Source: a virus (Duplodnaviria > Caudoviricetes). Taken from it: 27,351 bases of DNA. Each line of letters opens with the position of its first letter. Positions within the stretch are counted from its first letter, which is position 1. Shown piece by piece: positions 25,018-27,351 of the stretch. The stretch lies in IMG/VR virus record IMGVR_UViG_3300031588_000012, positions 1 through 27,351 of that record; one strand, 5' to 3'. Position numbers and translations under genes: made by a program. Below the pieces are notes generated by a model. That model ran no database searches. It saw nothing but the letters and a program-made list of their open reading frames with translations, and was not told the origin of the DNA.

Positions 25018-27351
25018 TTATTTAGGTACCGGTGGTGCTATTGGCAGACTATTGGTGCTGGAATTTCTGAAACTCGGCGGCGGTGTCGGCACGCCTGAGA
25101 TGCCTCCACTCCCTGATTTCGTCAAAAGCCCTTTGAGCAAATATTTGTTAAAGACATCTTCATTTAATGGAATTTTGCCCATCGTGGGATGAGTCATTAA
25201 GTACCCGCCGCCCGCCTCCTCTGTGATTACCACCGGCACATTGCCCTCCTCGCCGCCTGACCACGTCCAACCTCCTGAAGCTGGGGTGGGTGCCGTCACC
25301 GGCAGGTTGACCCACGTCTTTGATTTTTCGTCGTACTCCCGCCTGAAGCCTGCCCCGGCTGACGACCCAGTCACTGGCCTCACGGGGACGCTTGGTAAGC
25401 TGGTTGGCTTGGGGATCCTTGGAGCCTCTGGCACGGAGCCAGATACCGACCTTAGCGACCCTGAGTTCATGTAAGTATTGAAGTCATCTAAGGTCATTGG
25501 TTGAGCCGGAAAGGTCCCAACCTGCACCATTAGCTCGCCCTTTCCGTCGTCAGTAATGAATACGGGCTTCCCGCCCCATGTATATCTACCTGTTCTCCCT
25601 ATGGAGGCAGGCGCGGGCGGCACCGGCACGCTTGACTGGGCTGGAATAGAGTTGGTTGGCGTGGGCGCACTTGGAACCGCAGGTGCTTGTGGCAAAGAGA
25701 CTGCCCCTGTTGGTGGCGCAACAATAGGTGGCGGTGGCATATCAATAGGTTGCGGAGCAAGCAGAGGCGGAAGCTTGGGCAGGTCTTCGGGTCCCTGCTC
25801 GTAGGGCTTAATCAGCTCACTCTGTTTGGCAGCGTCAGCCAGCCTGACGCGCTCACGCAAAGCAGCCTCTTCTTCCGCTGTGTAGGGCTTAGCTGTAAAT
25901 TCGCTACGCCACCCGGCGTCTCGCCCAGCTAACCCATCAACAAGGCTTTGCATTTTTGCGCTGGCACGCTGAGGATTCCCTAAAGCTGTCACCCACCCAT
26001 TGTAGTCAGTTGGGTCATCCGGTAGGCGAAGAGTGGGGTTTGCCGCCCTAATCTCGTCCCATGTCACCCCAGCTCGCTCCATGAGCGGGAGCATCTCATT
26101 CCTGACGAAGGCATCATTATGAAGCTTCGTCTCTGCTAGCCTAAACGGAGCGTTTTGTTGGTTTAACTTTAGCGTAGCCTCTTCATTAGGGGTGGTCGGT
26201 ATGGAACCGGGCTTAACGTCGTCGGAAGGAAGTTCTGGCTTCTCGTCGGGGGGCAGATGGTAACCCGAACTTACGTCAGGTGTTGGGAGGTTGTTCGCAT
26301 TATGCTGGGAGTCGCCACCTGCCTTGGGGACACTTGCTCCGCTACCTGCAGGAATTGATCTGCCTAAGAATTGCCTATTAGGGGTGCCAGGGCCGTAGTA
26401 ACGAGCATCTTGCGCATTAAACTTCCTGAGGTCTGCGTGCGCCTCTTCATACCTGCGATAAACGACGCCATCTAGCACCGACTTGAGCTGAGCTGCCGCA
26501 GTGGGCCCTGCCGCCTTCGCCGCTAATTCAGCATTTTCCAATTCTTTCTGCTGGATCCTGCCAATCGCGTCCTGGAATGAACGCGCTTTCTCCGGTTGCG
26601 ACTTTAAGGCTTCGCGCACCAATGAGTACGCATCTTTCTTTTCCTGAGGGGTTTTGGCTTTTTTAACTAAAGTCTTCAGCGTTGCAGGCAAGGGCAGTTT
26701 GTCGACGTTATTGAAAAGGACAATATTCGCCGCCACTGGCGCAAGGTGGGGGTTGCCTTCCGCTAGATCGTCCAAGGCATTGGTCGCCGATATCTCTTCT
26801 GCTATTAAGTTAGAGTGGCTCCAGTTGCTCCACGCCCTCTGCATGGTGAGCTTGGCTTGCCCGACTGACATGCTTTCAAGTTTCGCCACAGTGAGGTCGC
26901 CCTTAGCCGACTCGGGCATGGATTCGAGGTCAATCTCAAACTGATACCTCGTCACCTCGTCCGACTTATCCTTTGTGTTTGCCACCGCATCCGCCTGCTC
27001 TTTGTCATTCAATTTCGCAAAGAGCTCATGGGATTCTAGTTTGCGATTATTCAGGTCATTACCTTCGTGGAGGAAGGCTTGGCCGTGGGCCTTCTTGGCA
27101 GTACCCGTGATGCTTGCACTGGCTTCTTTCTCCGCAACCTTGATCAGCACATCAGCCATTGATGCTTCTAGCGCTAGGTAATAATCCTCGTCGGATTGGC
27201 CTGGCTCTTTAGCTATGGGCTTCACACCTCTCTTAGAAATACTTAGCTTAATTGCATTGATGTTCGCCTCAATAACAGCCTTGTCCTTGTTCGCCTCGAT
27301 TGCCATGGAGATAGCTGCGCTTAAGCGGGCTGCCTTTGTTCCGTGGTCATC
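25018..27351 (-). CDS. Probable internal virion protein, possibly 5'-truncated by the window edge
   Basis: The frame stays open from the ATG at 27306 to the window end. Helical N-terminal part and Pro-rich C-terminal part; ends 9 nt before the giant gene starts. Confidence 0.7.
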   Translation of the reverse strand, partial: DDHGTKAARLSAAISMAIEANKDKAVIEANINAIKLSISKRGVKPIAKEPGQSDEDYYLALEASMADVLIKVAEKEASASITGTAKKAHGQAFLHEGNDLNNRKLESHELFAKLNDKEQADAVANTKDKSDEVTRYQFEIDLESMPESAKGDLTVAKLESMSVGQAKLTMQRAWSNWSHSNLIAEEISATNALDDLAEGNPHLAPVAANIVLFNNVDKLPLPATLKTLVKKAKTPQEKKDAYSLVREALKSQPEKARSFQDAIGRIQQKELENAELAAKAAGPTAAAQLKSVLDGVVYRRYEEAHADLRKFNAQDARYYGPGTPNRQFLGRSIPAGSGASVPKAGGDSQHNANNLPTPDVSSGYHLPPDEKPELPSDDVKPGSIPTTPNEEATLKLNQQNAPFRLAETKLHNDAFVRNEMLPLMERAGVTWDEIRAANPTLRLPDDPTDYNGWVTALGNPQRASAKMQSLVDGLAGRDAGWRSEFTAKPYTAEEEAALRERVRLADAAKQSELIKPYEQGPEDLPKLPPLLAPQPIDMPPPPIVAPPTGAVSLPQAPAVPSAPTPTNSIPAQSSVPVPPAPASIGRTGRYTWGGKPVFITDDGKGELMVQVGTFPAQPMTLDDFNTYMNSGSLRSVSGSVPEAPRIPKPTSLPSVPVRPVTGSSAGAGFRREYDEKSKTWVNLPVTAPTPASGGWTWSGGEEGNVPVVITEEAGGGYLMTHPTMGKIPLNEDVFNKYLLKGLLTKSGSGGISGVPTPPPSFRNSSTNSLPIAPPVPK

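Larger units (their letters stand above)
1..27351 (-). mobile_element. Segment of a tailed dsDNA bacteriophage (or prophage) genome
   Basis: Co-oriented, densely overlapping genes with phage-type functions (DnaB, SSB, RusA-like, Lar, HNH, holins, spanin-like pair, giant ejection-type protein). No host housekeeping genes or integrase were seen. Confidence 0.92.

Noticed and set aside
10729-27181. Many plus-strand and short alternative-frame ORFs over the two large genes
   Set aside because: They are shadows of long coding frames, with no recognisable motifs.
1-27351. Host assignment, diversity-generating retroelement or integrase
   Set aside because: No reverse transcriptase, template/variable repeat pair or recombinase was seen. 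The host cannot be determined beyond a probable diderm bacterium.

Overview
The window looks like part of a tailed dsDNA phage genome, with almost all genes on the minus strand. Reading from the right end, it holds a 5'-truncated probable virion or ejection protein and a giant 4758-aa polyvalent/ejection-type protein (two HExxH zincin modules, a WC-motif PcfJ/GNAT-like module and an LRR-like solenoid). A lysis cassette follows (two holin-like genes and an overlapping Rz/Rz1-like pair), then a metallophosphoesterase block. A sigma70-type promoter at about 8.65 kb precedes a tightly packed replication/recombination operon: RHH regulator, RusA-like resolvase, DnaB, T7 gp2.5-like SSB, wHTH protein, PD-(D/E)xK exonuclease, SWIM, HNH-like protein, DUF1376-type initiator with internal iterons, DnaA domain IV-like protein, Lar and HU. 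The left end is largely non-coding, rich in hairpins and G-tracts, and may be near a genome terminus. The most unusual observations are a RusA-like resolvase whose N- and C-terminal motifs sit in two overlapping frames, an exonuclease split across two frames, and an intergenic structured RNA carrying a 10-nt match to the 16S anti-Shine-Dalgarno sequence. All family calls come from motif recognition by eye; no database searches were run.
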